From positions 1 through 37,414 of the forward strand of contig JAWCKR010000014.1 of assembly GCA_038851755.1 (NCBI GenBank): a stretch of DNA of 37,414 nucleotides. The letters are read 5' to 3'. Below, piece after piece: positions 17,680-26,940 of this stretch. A program made the position numbers and the translations under genes. Source of the DNA: Candidatus Hadarchaeales archaeon (GTDB lineage Archaea > Hadarchaeota > Hadarchaeia > Hadarchaeales > WYZ-LMO6). Each line of letters starts with the position of its first letter. Position 1 is the stretch's first letter. The notes under the pieces are model-generated. The model was not told the DNA's origin. It searched no databases and saw only the letters and a list, made by a program, of their open reading frames with translations.

Positions 17680-18540
17680 ATGGAGATCAAGGCAGTGAGG
17701 CCCCTCGTGTGGAACTTCCAGGTGGTGGGTGGGAAGGACGCCTGGAGGGAGGTGGTCTACTCCGCCAGGCTCTCGGGCGTGCCCGAGACCCTGGAGGAGG
17801 AAGAGGTCTTCCGGATGATGGTGAGGAACGACTACGGCTCAGCCCTCGAGCACGTGCTGATCAAGTTCGACGTGAAGATGTCGAAGGGGATCGCCCCCGA
17901 GTTCCTGGAGCACAGGATGGCCAGTCACTCCGGCTTCTCCACCAGGTACCTCAGGGTGGATGAGGGAGGGGAGAAGGAGAAGCGCGCCTACGAGGTGATA
18001 GTCCCCTGGCACCTCCTGGGGAGGGGGGAGGACGACCCCTCGGTGAAGGGCTTCTGGAGGGCGGTGGGGGAGGCCCTGAGGGAGTACGAGAGGATGCTGG
18101 AGGAGGGCCTGCCCAGGGAGGCGGCCAGGTACGTGCTCCCCTTCTGCCAGGCGGTGGGGATCTACCACGTGACCCTCAACCTCCGTTCCCTCCTGAACCT
18201 CCTGGGCCTGAGGCTCTGCGTCAGATCCTCCCCGGAGTTCAGGTGCCTGGCCTCCCAGCTCTACTTCCTGCTGCTGGAGCACCTCCCCCTCCTGAGAGGG
18301 CTGGTGGGGTGCAGGGGCTTCATGCTGAGGGTCTGCCCGGAGGAGGGGGTGACGGGGGTGAGGAGCGGGAAGCCCCATCCCTTCTACCCGCCCTGTCCCT
18401 TCCGGGAGCCAGGCAGCGAGGTCTTCCTCCCCACGAAGGGGGAAACGAGGAAGTCACCCTTCGACCCCTCGAAGGCCCTGAGGGTCCAGGAGGAACTCTT
18501 CAGGAAGTGGGCCTCCTGGGGCGAGGGGCCAAGGGGCTAG
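17680..18540 (+). CDS. thyX: FAD-dependent thymidylate synthase-like protein
   Basis: YGSALEH, EFLEHRMASHSGFSTRY, GLPREAARYVLP, TLNLRSLLNLLGLRLC..S.PEFR. Confidence 0.8.
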   Translation: MEIKAVRPLVWNFQVVGGKDAWREVVYSARLSGVPETLEEEEVFRMMVRNDYGSALEHVLIKFDVKMSKGIAPEFLEHRMASHSGFSTRYLRVDEGGEKEKRAYEVIVPWHLLGRGEDDPSVKGFWRAVGEALREYERMLEEGLPREAARYVLPFCQAVGIYHVTLNLRSLLNLLGLRLCVRSSPEFRCLASQLYFLLLEHLPLLRGLVGCRGFMLRVCPEEGVTGVRSGKPHPFYPPCPFREPGSEVFLPTKGETRKSPFDPSKALRVQEELFRKWASWGEGPRG

Positions 18541-18552
18541 CCAAGGTCGAGG

Positions 18553-19680
18553 ATGCCCGCCAACCTCCCCCCCGAGTACTTCAAGGCCGAGCAGAGGTAC
18601 CTGCAGGCCAAAACCCTCGAGGAGAAGATCCAGGCCACGCAGGAGCTGATCAGGATCGCCCCCAAGCACAAGGGCACGGAGAAGCTCCTCAGGGTGCTCA
18701 AGCACAGACTGGCCAAGCTCAGGAAGGAACTGGAGGAGAGGGAAAAGAGGAGGGGCGGAGGAGGGGGACCCAGCTTCGCCGTGAAGAAGGAGGGCTGCGC
18801 CCAGGTGGCGCTGGTGGGGCTCCCCAACTCAGGCAAATCCACCCTGCTCAGGAAGCTCACGAACGCCAGGCCGGAGGTGGCGGAGTACCCCTTCACCACC
18901 AGGCTCCCCGTCCCCGGGATGATGGACTACGAGGACGTGCAGGTCCAGCTCGTGGAGATCCCCTCCATCGTGGAGGGGTCGAGCCTGGGGAAAGGCCTGG
19001 GGGCCCAGCCCCTCAGCGCGGCCAGGAACGCGGACGTGATCGCCCTGGTGGTGGACGCCTCCTCCGATCCCCTTCACCAGGTGGAAACTCTGGTGAGGGA
19101 GCTGGAGGAGAGCGGGGTGAGGCTGAACCGCTCCCCTCCCAAGGTGACCATCCAGCGGAGGGAGGAGGGAGGAATCGTGATAAGGGGGAAGGAGCTGGTG
19201 GAAGGGGGGGAGGAGGGGATCAAGGAGCTCCTCAGGGAGCACAGGATCCACAACGCGCTGGTGGTGGCGGAGGAGAGGGTGAGCCTCCAGACGCTGGAGG
19301 AGATCCTGGAGGGGTCGGTGGTCTATCGTCCCTGTTTCGTCCTCCTCACCAAGACCGACCTCTCTCCAGCGAGCGGATCCTTCTCAGGCCTGAGGGTGAT
19401 CGACACGGGGAGGCCCCTGCAGGAGCTCAAGAGGGAGATCTTCGAGAGCCTGGGCCTCATCAGGGTCTACACCAAGAGGCCCAACGAGGAGCCCTCGGAG
19501 AGACCGCTGGTCCTCCCCAGGGGCTCCACCCCGCTGGACGTGGCCAGGGCCATCCACAAGGAGCTGGAAAAGGGAATGAGGTCGGCCAGGGTGTGGGGAT
19601 CCACCCGCTTCCCCGGGCAGTGGGTGCCCAGGGACTACCCCCTCCAGGACGGGGACGTGGTGGAGCTGCACTCGGACTAG
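18553..19680 (+). CDS. DRG/OBG-family GTPase with TGS domain
   Basis: MPANLPPEY, PKHKGTEKL, GLPNSGKST, YPFTT, IRVYTK, ARVWGS.RFPGQ.V, LQDGDVVELH. Confidence 0.92.
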   Translation: MPANLPPEYFKAEQRYLQAKTLEEKIQATQELIRIAPKHKGTEKLLRVLKHRLAKLRKELEEREKRRGGGGGPSFAVKKEGCAQVALVGLPNSGKSTLLRKLTNARPEVAEYPFTTRLPVPGMMDYEDVQVQLVEIPSIVEGSSLGKGLGAQPLSAARNADVIALVVDASSDPLHQVETLVRELEESGVRLNRSPPKVTIQRREEGGIVIRGKELVEGGEEGIKELLREHRIHNALVVAEERVSLQTLEEILEGSVVYRPCFVLLTKTDLSPASGSFSGLRVIDTGRPLQELKREIFESLGLIRVYTKRPNEEPSERPLVLPRGSTPLDVARAIHKELEKGMRSARVWGSTRFPGQWVPRDYPLQDGDVVELHSD

Positions 19681-20078
19681 AGGAGCTTCCTGATCCTCTC
19701 CTCTATGACACCGGCGGGCAGGGCCCCCACCGTCTCGTCCACCAGTTTCCCTTCCCTGAAGTAGAGGAGGGTGGGGATGCTCATGATGCCGTAGCGCTCC
19801 GCCACCGAGGGGTGCTCGTCCACGTTGAGCTTCCCGAAGGCCACCTTCCCGGCGTACTTCCTGGCCAGCTCCTCCACCACGGGGGAGAGGATCCTGCAGG
19901 GCGGGCACCAGGAGGCCCAGAAGTCCACCACCGCCCGGGGATTCTCCCTTATGAACCTGTCGAAGCTCTCCTCGGTGACCTCCACCGGCCCGGACGCGCT
20001 CATCTCCCTCCTCCTGAGCCACCTCTCCTCGAGCTCCCTGAGCTTCCTCTCCCGTATCCTGGAGAGCTCCTCATCCAT
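19677..20078 (-). CDS. trxA: Thioredoxin with N-terminal helical extension
   Basis: MDEELSRIRERKLREL; DFWASWCPPC; GIMSIPTL; GGTGG SD before ATG 20078. Confidence 0.92.
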   Translation of the reverse strand: MDEELSRIRERKLRELEERWLRRREMSASGPVEVTEESFDRFIRENPRAVVDFWASWCPPCRILSPVVEELARKYAGKVAFGKLNVDEHPSVAERYGIMSIPTLLYFREGKLVDETVGALPAGVIEERIRKLL

Positions 20079-20171
20079 CCCACCTCCCCGCTTCACACCG
20101 CTCCCTAAATACCTTACCCACCCCGCGACCCCATAGGTAATCTTTAAAGAGGGCTCCCCAAGGGAAAGAGA

Positions 20172-20840
20172 ATGAAAAAAGCCAGGCTCATAGTCATCGC
20201 CGGCGGGGGGAGGGTGGGCTCCCACCTGGCGGAGGTGCTCTCCCAGAAGGGGAAGGACGTGGTCCTGATAGACAAGGACCCGCAGGTCTGCGAGAAGCTG
20301 GCGGAGAGGCTCAACGTCCTGATCCTCTGCGGCGACGCCACGGAGAAGGAAATGCTGGAGGAGGCCAAGATAAAGGAGGCGGACGTCTTCGTGGGGGCCA
20401 CGGGGAACGACAACGACAACATCGTGGCCTGCCAGCTCGCCAAGAACGCCTACGGGGTGCCCCTGGTGATGGCCAGGGTGGAGGACCCCGAGATGGCCAA
20501 GATGTCGAAGAGCTTCAACATCGACCTGATGGTCAGCCCCTCCCACGTGGCCTCCATGGTGCTGGAGAACGCCATCTCCCTCCCCGGCACCACCTCCATC
20601 TTCCTCTCCGAAACCCCCATGACGGCGGCGGAGATCAGGATCCCCGAGGGGTCCAAGGTGGTCCACAAGAAGCTCTCGGAGCTGGCCATACCCAGGGGAT
20701 GCATCATAGGGATGATCTACAGGGAGGGGGAGCTCGTCGTCCCCAGGGGGGAGACCACGCTGGAGGCCGGGGACATCGTCGCGATCATGGGCAAGGAGGA
20801 GGCCATAGCCAAGCTGGTGGATCAGATAAGGGGTAGGTGA
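20172..20840 (+). CDS. trkA: Trk K+ uptake RCK gating subunit
   Basis: VIAGGGRVG, GDAT...LEEAKI, ATGNDNDN, C-terminal TrkA-C (VPRGETTLEAGD). Confidence 0.92.
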   Translation: MKKARLIVIAGGGRVGSHLAEVLSQKGKDVVLIDKDPQVCEKLAERLNVLILCGDATEKEMLEEAKIKEADVFVGATGNDNDNIVACQLAKNAYGVPLVMARVEDPEMAKMSKSFNIDLMVSPSHVASMVLENAISLPGTTSIFLSETPMTAAEIRIPEGSKVVHKKLSELAIPRGCIIGMIYREGELVVPRGETTLEAGDIVAIMGKEEAIAKLVDQIRGR

Positions 20841-20842
20841 GG

Positions 20843-20992
20843 ATGGCCTTCAGGAAGCTGGGGATAAGGGGATTCCTGAAGCGGAACTTCGACTTCCTGA
20901 GCGGGCTGGTGGTGGAGTTCGTCACCGCCTCCGCCCTGGTCCTGGCGTCGGCGGCCCTCTGCTTTCTGGTGGTGGTCCTCTCCTCCCTGTGA
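20843..20992 (+). CDS. 49-aa single-pass membrane microprotein (not in ORF track)
   Basis: MAFRKLGIRGFLKRNFDFLSGLVVEFVTASALVLASAALCFLVVVLSSL*; GGTGA SD; fills the trkA-trkH gap. Confidence 0.7.
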   Translation: MAFRKLGIRGFLKRNFDFLSGLVVEFVTASALVLASAALCFLVVVLSSL

Positions 20993-21001
20993 GGTGCCCC
21001 C

Positions 21002-22516
21002 TTGCTCTTCCGCCTCACCGGGGAGGACTGGAAGGTCATCCTCTACAACCTGGGGAGGATGCTCCACCTCCTCTCCTTCGTCTTCCTCCTCCCCCTCGCC
21101 CCCGCCCTCTTCTACCAGGAGCTCGACACCCTGTCCTACTTCCTCCTCACCTCCGGCCTCACGTTCCTGCTGGCCACCCTCCTCTCCCACTCCTGCAGGA
21201 CGGAGGATCAGATGGAGCTCAAGCACGCCCTCTGCCTGGTGGCCCTGGCCTGGCTCGTGGCCTCCCTGCTGGCCTCGCTGCCCCTCTGGCTCGGGAGGGC
21301 CTGCTCCTCCCCGCTCGACGCCTGCTTCGAGTCCCTCAGCGGCTTCACCGGGACCGGCCTCACCCTGACCACCGACCCCGACCACCTGGCCCGCTCCCTC
21401 CACTTCCACCGCCATCTGCTCCAGTTCCTGGGGGACGGGGTGGGGATCGTGGCGGTCTCGCTCGCCGTGCTGGGAAGGACGGAGATAAGCAGCCTGCTGG
21501 CCTTCAGGGGGGAGGCCAGGGAGGAAGGGATCAGGCCAAGCGTGGTGCGCACCACCAGGCTCATCTTCGGCATGGCCCTCACCTTCTTCGTGGTGGGGGC
21601 GGTCATGTTCGCCCTCGCGGGGATCTACGAGGGGGCCGACCTCAGCACCGCCCTCTTCGACGGGGTCTGCCACTCCTTCACGGGGTACGCCACGGGTGGC
21701 TTCAGCCCCCACTCCCAGAACCTGCTGTACTACCACGGGCTGATCTACGAGATCGTGGCCATGGTGCTGGCGGTGGTGGGGGCCCTCAACTTCAACCTGC
21801 ACTACGCCCTCCTCACGGGCAAGAGGAGTGAGGTTTTCAGGAACACGGAGGTGAGGGTCTTCTTCCTCACCACCCTCCTCCTGAGCACCTTCACGGCCCT
21901 CCTCCTCTTCGGGAAGGGGATCTACACCTCGGCAGAGGCCCTCTTCCGGAGGGGGATCTTCCAGCTCGTCTCCGCCCAGACCACCACGGGCTTCTCCACC
22001 CTCCCCCCCCTCCACCTGGCGCTGGTCTGGCCCCTCTCCCTCCTCTTCCTCCTCTCCATGGCCATGCTGCTGGGGGGATGCGCCAACTCCACCTCGGGAG
22101 GGATCAAGTCCCTCAGGGTGGGAATCCTGCTCAAGTCGCTGGTGCTGGAGCTGAAGCGTCCCTTCCTCCCCAGATCGGCGGTGGTGGGGGAGAGGTTCCA
22201 CCACCTGAAGGACTCCCCCCTCACCCCCTCCCTGGTGAGGGGTGCGGCCCTGGTGGCCACCTCCTACCTCCTCCTCTTCGCCACCGGCACCCTCATCACC
22301 ATGGCCTACGGCTACACCACCGAGCAGGCCATGTTCGAGACCTCCTCCGCCCTCTCCAACGTGGGGCTGAGCTGCGGCCTTACCCATCCCTCCATGCCCA
22401 CCGGCCTCAAGGTCACCTACATGATGCTGATGTGGATGGGGAGGCTGGAGGTGCTCACCGTGCTGGTGCTCCTCATCGCCCTGGCCCTGGGCCTCCAGAG
22501 GAGGAAGGCCGAATGA
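21002..22516 (+). CDS. trkH: Trk K+ channel membrane subunit
   Basis: Four pore loops: FESLSGFTGTG, YATGGFS, SAQTTTGF, FETSSALSNVGLS; GGCANSTSGGIK; WMGRLE. Confidence 0.93.
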   Translation: MLFRLTGEDWKVILYNLGRMLHLLSFVFLLPLAPALFYQELDTLSYFLLTSGLTFLLATLLSHSCRTEDQMELKHALCLVALAWLVASLLASLPLWLGRACSSPLDACFESLSGFTGTGLTLTTDPDHLARSLHFHRHLLQFLGDGVGIVAVSLAVLGRTEISSLLAFRGEAREEGIRPSVVRTTRLIFGMALTFFVVGAVMFALAGIYEGADLSTALFDGVCHSFTGYATGGFSPHSQNLLYYHGLIYEIVAMVLAVVGALNFNLHYALLTGKRSEVFRNTEVRVFFLTTLLLSTFTALLLFGKGIYTSAEALFRRGIFQLVSAQTTTGFSTLPPLHLALVWPLSLLFLLSMAMLLGGCANSTSGGIKSLRVGILLKSLVLELKRPFLPRSAVVGERFHHLKDSPLTPSLVRGAALVATSYLLLFATGTLITMAYGYTTEQAMFETSSALSNVGLSCGLTHPSMPTGLKVTYMMLMWMGRLEVLTVLVLLIALALGLQRRKAE

Positions 22517-23019
22517 AGGTGCGGATGGCCCTCTGCCTGCTCCTCTGCCTTTCCCTCCTGCCCTGCGCGGGGGCCACCTCCGTCTCCGTGGAGAACCTGA
22601 TGAAGGCCCCTCAGGAATGGGACGGGAAGGTCGTCACGGTGAGGGGTGAGGTGGTGGGAAGGCTGGACAAGGGGGGACACCTCTGGCTGAACCTCCTCGA
22701 CAACGGCTGGCCCATGGGGATCTGGTGCACGAGGGAGCAGGCGGAGGGGATCAGGGTGGTGGGCGACTACTTCCACATCGGGGACGTGGTGGAGGTGACG
22801 GGAGTCTTCCTGGCCAGATGCCGGGAACACGACGGGGAGCCCGACCTGCACGCCGAGAACCTGGTGGTGGTCTCGGAGGGATATGAGGTCCCGAGACCCG
22901 TGAACCTCCTCCTCCTGGCCCTCTCCCTCTCCGCGCTGGCGGCGGGACTCTCCGCGGCCCTCCTCCTCCGCTTCAGGCGCAGGGAGCCCTTCTGGGGATA
23001 CTCCCCTGAAAGCTTTTAA
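22513..23019 (+). CDS. Exported OB-fold-like protein with C-terminal membrane anchor
   Basis: ATGA overlap with trkH; signal peptide MKVRMALCLLLCLSLLPCAGA; WDGKVVTVRGEVVG, GDVVEVTGVF; C-terminal hydrophobic helix plus RFRRR. Confidence 0.75.
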   Translation: MKVRMALCLLLCLSLLPCAGATSVSVENLMKAPQEWDGKVVTVRGEVVGRLDKGGHLWLNLLDNGWPMGIWCTREQAEGIRVVGDYFHIGDVVEVTGVFLARCREHDGEPDLHAENLVVVSEGYEVPRPVNLLLLALSLSALAAGLSAALLLRFRRREPFWGYSPESF

Positions 23020-23042
23020 CTCCGGGCAGAGGGAGTGGGTGG

Positions 23043-23939
23043 ATGCCTCAGGAGCAGGAGCTGGAGGCCTACAGGAAGGCCGGGAAGCTGCTGGCGGAGG
23101 TCAGGGAGCGGATTCGGCCCATGGTGAAGGTGGGGGAGTCCCTGGTGAGGATAGCGGAGGAGGCGGAAAGGCTCATCCAGGAGAAGGGGGCCAAGCCCGC
23201 CTTCCCCTGCAACGTCTCCCTCAACGAGGTGGCGGCGCACTACAGCCCCCCCGCCGACGACCCCACCGTGATCAAGGAGGGCGACCTGGTGAAGGTGGAC
23301 CTGGGGGCCCACCTGGACGGCTACATCGCCGACACGGCCTTCACCGTCGCCACGGACGAGGAGGGAAGGACGCTCAAGGAGGCCGCCGAGAAGGCGCTGG
23401 AGGCGGCCATAGCCGCGGTGAAGGCCGGGGTGGACGCGGGGGAGGTGGGGAAGGCCGTGGAGGAGGCCGCCAAGGGAGCGGGCTTCAAGCCCGTGGCCAA
23501 CCTCACGGGGCACGGCCTCTCCCGCTGGACGCTCCACGGGGGCCTGACCATTCCCAACACCTCCGTGAGGACGGGGCAGAGGCTGGAGGCGGGAGAGGTC
23601 ATAGCGCTGGAGCCCTTCGTGACGGGGGGGGCGGGCTACGTGGAGGACACGAAGGAGGTGCTCATCTTCAGGTACCTGAGGGAGCGTCCGGTGAGGCTGA
23701 GGATGACCAGGGAGCTCCTCAGGGACCTCAAGAGGATGTACAACGGTCTTCCCTTCGCCGAGAGGTGGCTGGCCAAGCGCATGTCCAAGCTCAGGCTCAG
23801 GCTCACCCTCAGGGAGCTGGTGGAGTCGGGCGCCCTCTGGCCCTACCACGTGCTGGTCGAGAGGTCGGGGAAGAAGGTGGCCCAGGCCGAGCACACCGTG
23901 CTGGTGACGGAAGGAGGGTGCGAGGTCCTCACCGCCTGA
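23043..23939 (+). CDS. map: Type II methionine aminopeptidase
   Basis: AFPCNVSLNEVAAHYSP, KVDLGAHLDGYIADTA, NLTGH, ALEPF, AQAEHT. Confidence 0.95.
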   Translation: MPQEQELEAYRKAGKLLAEVRERIRPMVKVGESLVRIAEEAERLIQEKGAKPAFPCNVSLNEVAAHYSPPADDPTVIKEGDLVKVDLGAHLDGYIADTAFTVATDEEGRTLKEAAEKALEAAIAAVKAGVDAGEVGKAVEEAAKGAGFKPVANLTGHGLSRWTLHGGLTIPNTSVRTGQRLEAGEVIALEPFVTGGAGYVEDTKEVLIFRYLRERPVRLRMTRELLRDLKRMYNGLPFAERWLAKRMSKLRLRLTLRELVESGALWPYHVLVERSGKKVAQAEHTVLVTEGGCEVLTA

Positions 23940-25065
23940 GGCCCCTCAGGGAGAGGAGACCCAGCACCAGGGAAAGCAGGGAGTAGGGGAAGAGGAGGAG
24001 GGCGAAGTCACCCGTGCTGAGCACCGCCCCGCCCACGACCGGACCCACCACGTGGCCCACCGAGTACGCCATGAGGAAGAGGGCCGAGGCCGTACCAGCC
24101 TCCGGCACCGCCTCGGTGATGAGGGGGAGGGCGGAGGAGAGGGGGATCCCTATGGCCAGGCCCAGGAGGCAGAAGACCGCGGCCGCCTGCCAGGGGGAGC
24201 CCACGAAGAGGACCACGGGAAAGGAGGCCGAGCAGAAGAGCATGCCCCACCCTATCACCCTCCTCCTCCCGAACCTGTCGCTGGCGGAGCCGAAGACGGG
24301 CCTGGAGGCCGCCAGGAAGAGGGCGGCCAGCCCGAACATCATCCCTATCTCACCCTGGCCGAGCCCCAGGTGGGAGGAGAGGTAGGGTGGGGCGAAGGGC
24401 TCCAGGAAGCCGAACCCCATCCAGATCACCAGGGCCACCAGGCAGGAGAGGAGGGCGTCGGGGTTCCTCACGACCCCCAGGAAGGAGGAGGAGCGGAAGT
24501 TGCTCAGCCTGGAGTGCGGGGGCTCCCTGAGGACTGCGAGGGAGAGGAGGGCCAGGAGGAGGGAGAGGAGGGCCCAGAACCGGAAGGGCGTGGGGTAACC
24601 CCCCACCTCCGCCGTCCACCCCCCCAGGGGAGGGCCGGCGATGGCCCCCAGCCCCATGGAGGCGGTCACCCACCCGAGGGTCCTGCCCCTCCTGCAGGAA
24701 GGGGTGAGGTCCGTCAGGAGGGCCAGGGAGGCCACCCAGGTGGAGGCCGCAGCCATCCCCTGTATCCCCCTGCTCACGAAGAGCTGGAGGAAGGAAGAGG
24801 AGAGGGAGAAGGAGAGGCTGGAGACGGCCAGGACCAGCATCCCCAGGACCAGCACCGGCTTCCTCCCCCACCTGTCGCACAGGAGGCCCAGCGGCAGGGT
24901 GACCACCAGGTGGACCAGGGGATAGGCGGCGAAGACGAGGCCCAGGAGGGAGGAGGAGAGGTGGAGGTCGGAGGCCCTGAGGGGAACGGTGGGGACCACT
25001 ATCCCGTAACCAGCAGCGTCCAGAAAGACGGCCGCGCAGGCCAGCAGGAGGGGGGCCCTCTCCAC
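23929..25065 (-). CDS. MFS transporter
   Basis: About 12 hydrophobic segments; GLLCDRWGRK and GSASDRFGRR motif A. Confidence 0.9.
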   Translation of the reverse strand: MERAPLLLACAAVFLDAAGYGIVVPTVPLRASDLHLSSSLLGLVFAAYPLVHLVVTLPLGLLCDRWGRKPVLVLGMLVLAVSSLSFSLSSSFLQLFVSRGIQGMAAASTWVASLALLTDLTPSCRRGRTLGWVTASMGLGAIAGPPLGGWTAEVGGYPTPFRFWALLSLLLALLSLAVLREPPHSRLSNFRSSSFLGVVRNPDALLSCLVALVIWMGFGFLEPFAPPYLSSHLGLGQGEIGMMFGLAALFLAASRPVFGSASDRFGRRRVIGWGMLFCSASFPVVLFVGSPWQAAAVFCLLGLAIGIPLSSALPLITEAVPEAGTASALFLMAYSVGHVVGPVVGGAVLSTGDFALLLFPYSLLSLVLGLLSLRGLRR

Positions 25066-25101
25066 CTTCCCCTTCTCCCCGACCGGATAAAAACCGGTGC
25101 T

Positions 25102-25782
25102 CTATTCCCTGCGCAGGACGAGGAGGGCGTGGTCCTTCTCGTAGGGCTCCAGCACCCTGAGCTCCACCACCTCCACCCCCTCCCCCAGCTTCTCCCTCTC
25201 CTCCCTGAAGACCTCCCTCGAGTCCCTGGTGACGTCTATGCTCTTCGCCTTCACGAAGAAGAGGGCCCAGCCTCTGGGTCTGAGGAAGGCGGCGAGGTTC
25301 CTCCTCAGGATCTCGGTCTGGTCGGGCTGGGCCACGTCCTGGTAAATCACGTCCGCTTCCCCCACCAGAAAGCGGTAGGAGGCCGGGTCCCTGGCGTCGG
25401 CGAGGATGGGCACCATGTTCCTCCTGCGCTCGCAGAGGGGGATCAGGTCCCTCATGGGGCGGAAGGAAAACTCCACGCACCAGATCATCCCTTCCTCCCC
25501 CACGATGTCCGAGAGGTGGCTGGCCGTGGTGCCGGAGGCAGCGCCCAGGTAGAGGACGCGGGAGCCCCTCCGGACGGGCATCTCCCTCAGCCCCAGGTGG
25601 AGGGCCGAGGAGAGCTTGCTCCTGTAGGGATCCCAGACCCTGTACTCCACCCCTCCCACCTCCACCAGCTCCTCCCCGTAGACCCTCTGACCGGGAAGGG
25701 CGTTCCTGGTGGCCAGCTTTTTCCCCTCCGGGTACCTGAGCCAGTAGACCCCGGGGAACCTCTCCTCCACCTCCACCCTCAT
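25102..25782 (-). CDS. flpA: Fibrillarin (box C/D 2'-O-methyltransferase)
   Basis: VYGE, YRVWDPYRSKL, VLYLGAASGTTASHLSD, YQDVAQPDQ, KAKSIDVT, LEPYEKDH; start ATG 25782 overlaps the nop5 stop. Confidence 0.95.
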   Translation of the reverse strand: MRVEVEERFPGVYWLRYPEGKKLATRNALPGQRVYGEELVEVGGVEYRVWDPYRSKLSSALHLGLREMPVRRGSRVLYLGAASGTTASHLSDIVGEEGMIWCVEFSFRPMRDLIPLCERRRNMVPILADARDPASYRFLVGEADVIYQDVAQPDQTEILRRNLAAFLRPRGWALFFVKAKSIDVTRDSREVFREEREKLGEGVEVVELRVLEPYEKDHALLVLRRE

Positions 25783-26909
25783 CCCCTCCCACCCCTTATC
25801 TCGGCCAGGCGCCTCTCCAGCTCCGAGGAGAGCCTGTCGCCCAGGTACCCCCCGCCCATCAGGTCCACCCTGGCCGCTATGCTGACCTTCCCCGCCACCG
25901 CCCTGGCGATCTTCCCCCTGAGCTTCTTCGGGGCGGAGCGGAGGGGGGGGAAGCGGTAGAGCACGCCGTGCTTCGGTGGCTTCCCCTTCGTGCGCAGGGC
26001 CCTGAAGAGGGCCTTCTCCGCCCCCAGCACCTGGATGGTGCTCGTGGGCATCCTGGAGAGCCTCTCCAGCCCTCCCGCGAGGGAGATGAGGCGGGCGCCC
26101 AGCAGGCTGCCCACCACCGCCTTCAGGTTGGGGGCCACCTCCTCCATCCTGCGGTCCAGGTACTCGGCCAGCTCCCTGCGGAGGGAGAGGAGCCCGAGCA
26201 CCCCCTTCCCGCTCTCCCTCAGGACCTCCAGGTCCCCCTCCCCCAGTCCCACCCCGAGGGAGCTCCTGGCCGCGGAGGAGAGCCTCCTGGCCCTCTCGGG
26301 CGTGAGGCCCAGCCCCACGAGCCTTTCCTCCGTGAACTCCTCCCTCCTCCCCAGCGAGACCAGCAGCCTGACGTACTCCTCGTGGTCCCCCACCAGCCCG
26401 TCCAGCTCGGGGAAGTGGAGGGAGTACCACTCCCGCAGGAGGCCCACGAGGAGGTTGAGGGCCCTGTCCACCTCCTCCAGCATCCTGGAGGCCCCCACCA
26501 CGCACCGGTCCCTCTCCGCCATCCTCTCCCCCACCTCCCTCTTCGCCAGCTCCAGCGAGACCTCCCTCACCCTCTCGGAAAGGACCATCCCGCACCTGCC
26601 GGCCATCTCCTCCCCCCTCCTCCTCAGCTCCCTCCCCCCTCTCCCCGGGAACTCGGAGCGGAAGAGGACCCCGGGGAAGCGAGCCCCCAGCTTCCTCGCC
26701 AGCTCCTCCCCCTCCACCACGAACTCCCTGCACCCCTTCTCCACGAGCTCCTCCACCAGCTGGAGGTGCTCCGGGGTGGGCTCCCCCCTCCGCATGGCCC
26801 GGACCCTCTCCACGGCCTCCGCGGAGGACCCGAAGGCCCTGAAGGCCACCATCCTTTCCCCCTCGAAGGCGAAGACCCCTACAACGTTCTCCGCCAGCTG
26901 GAGCTCCAT
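25779..26909 (-). CDS. nop5: Nop5/Nop56/58 box C/D RNP core protein
   Basis: REWYSLHFPEL, APNL, GARLISLAGGL, STIQVLGAEKALF, PPKHGV, RGKIAR. Confidence 0.95.
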   Translation of the reverse strand: MELQLAENVVGVFAFEGERMVAFRAFGSSAEAVERVRAMRRGEPTPEHLQLVEELVEKGCREFVVEGEELARKLGARFPGVLFRSEFPGRGGRELRRRGEEMAGRCGMVLSERVREVSLELAKREVGERMAERDRCVVGASRMLEEVDRALNLLVGLLREWYSLHFPELDGLVGDHEEYVRLLVSLGRREEFTEERLVGLGLTPERARRLSSAARSSLGVGLGEGDLEVLRESGKGVLGLLSLRRELAEYLDRRMEEVAPNLKAVVGSLLGARLISLAGGLERLSRMPTSTIQVLGAEKALFRALRTKGKPPKHGVLYRFPPLRSAPKKLRGKIARAVAGKVSIAARVDLMGGGYLGDRLSSELERRLAEIRGGRG

Positions 26910-26940
26910 CTCCCTCCCTCCGCTCCGCGTGGCGATAAAG

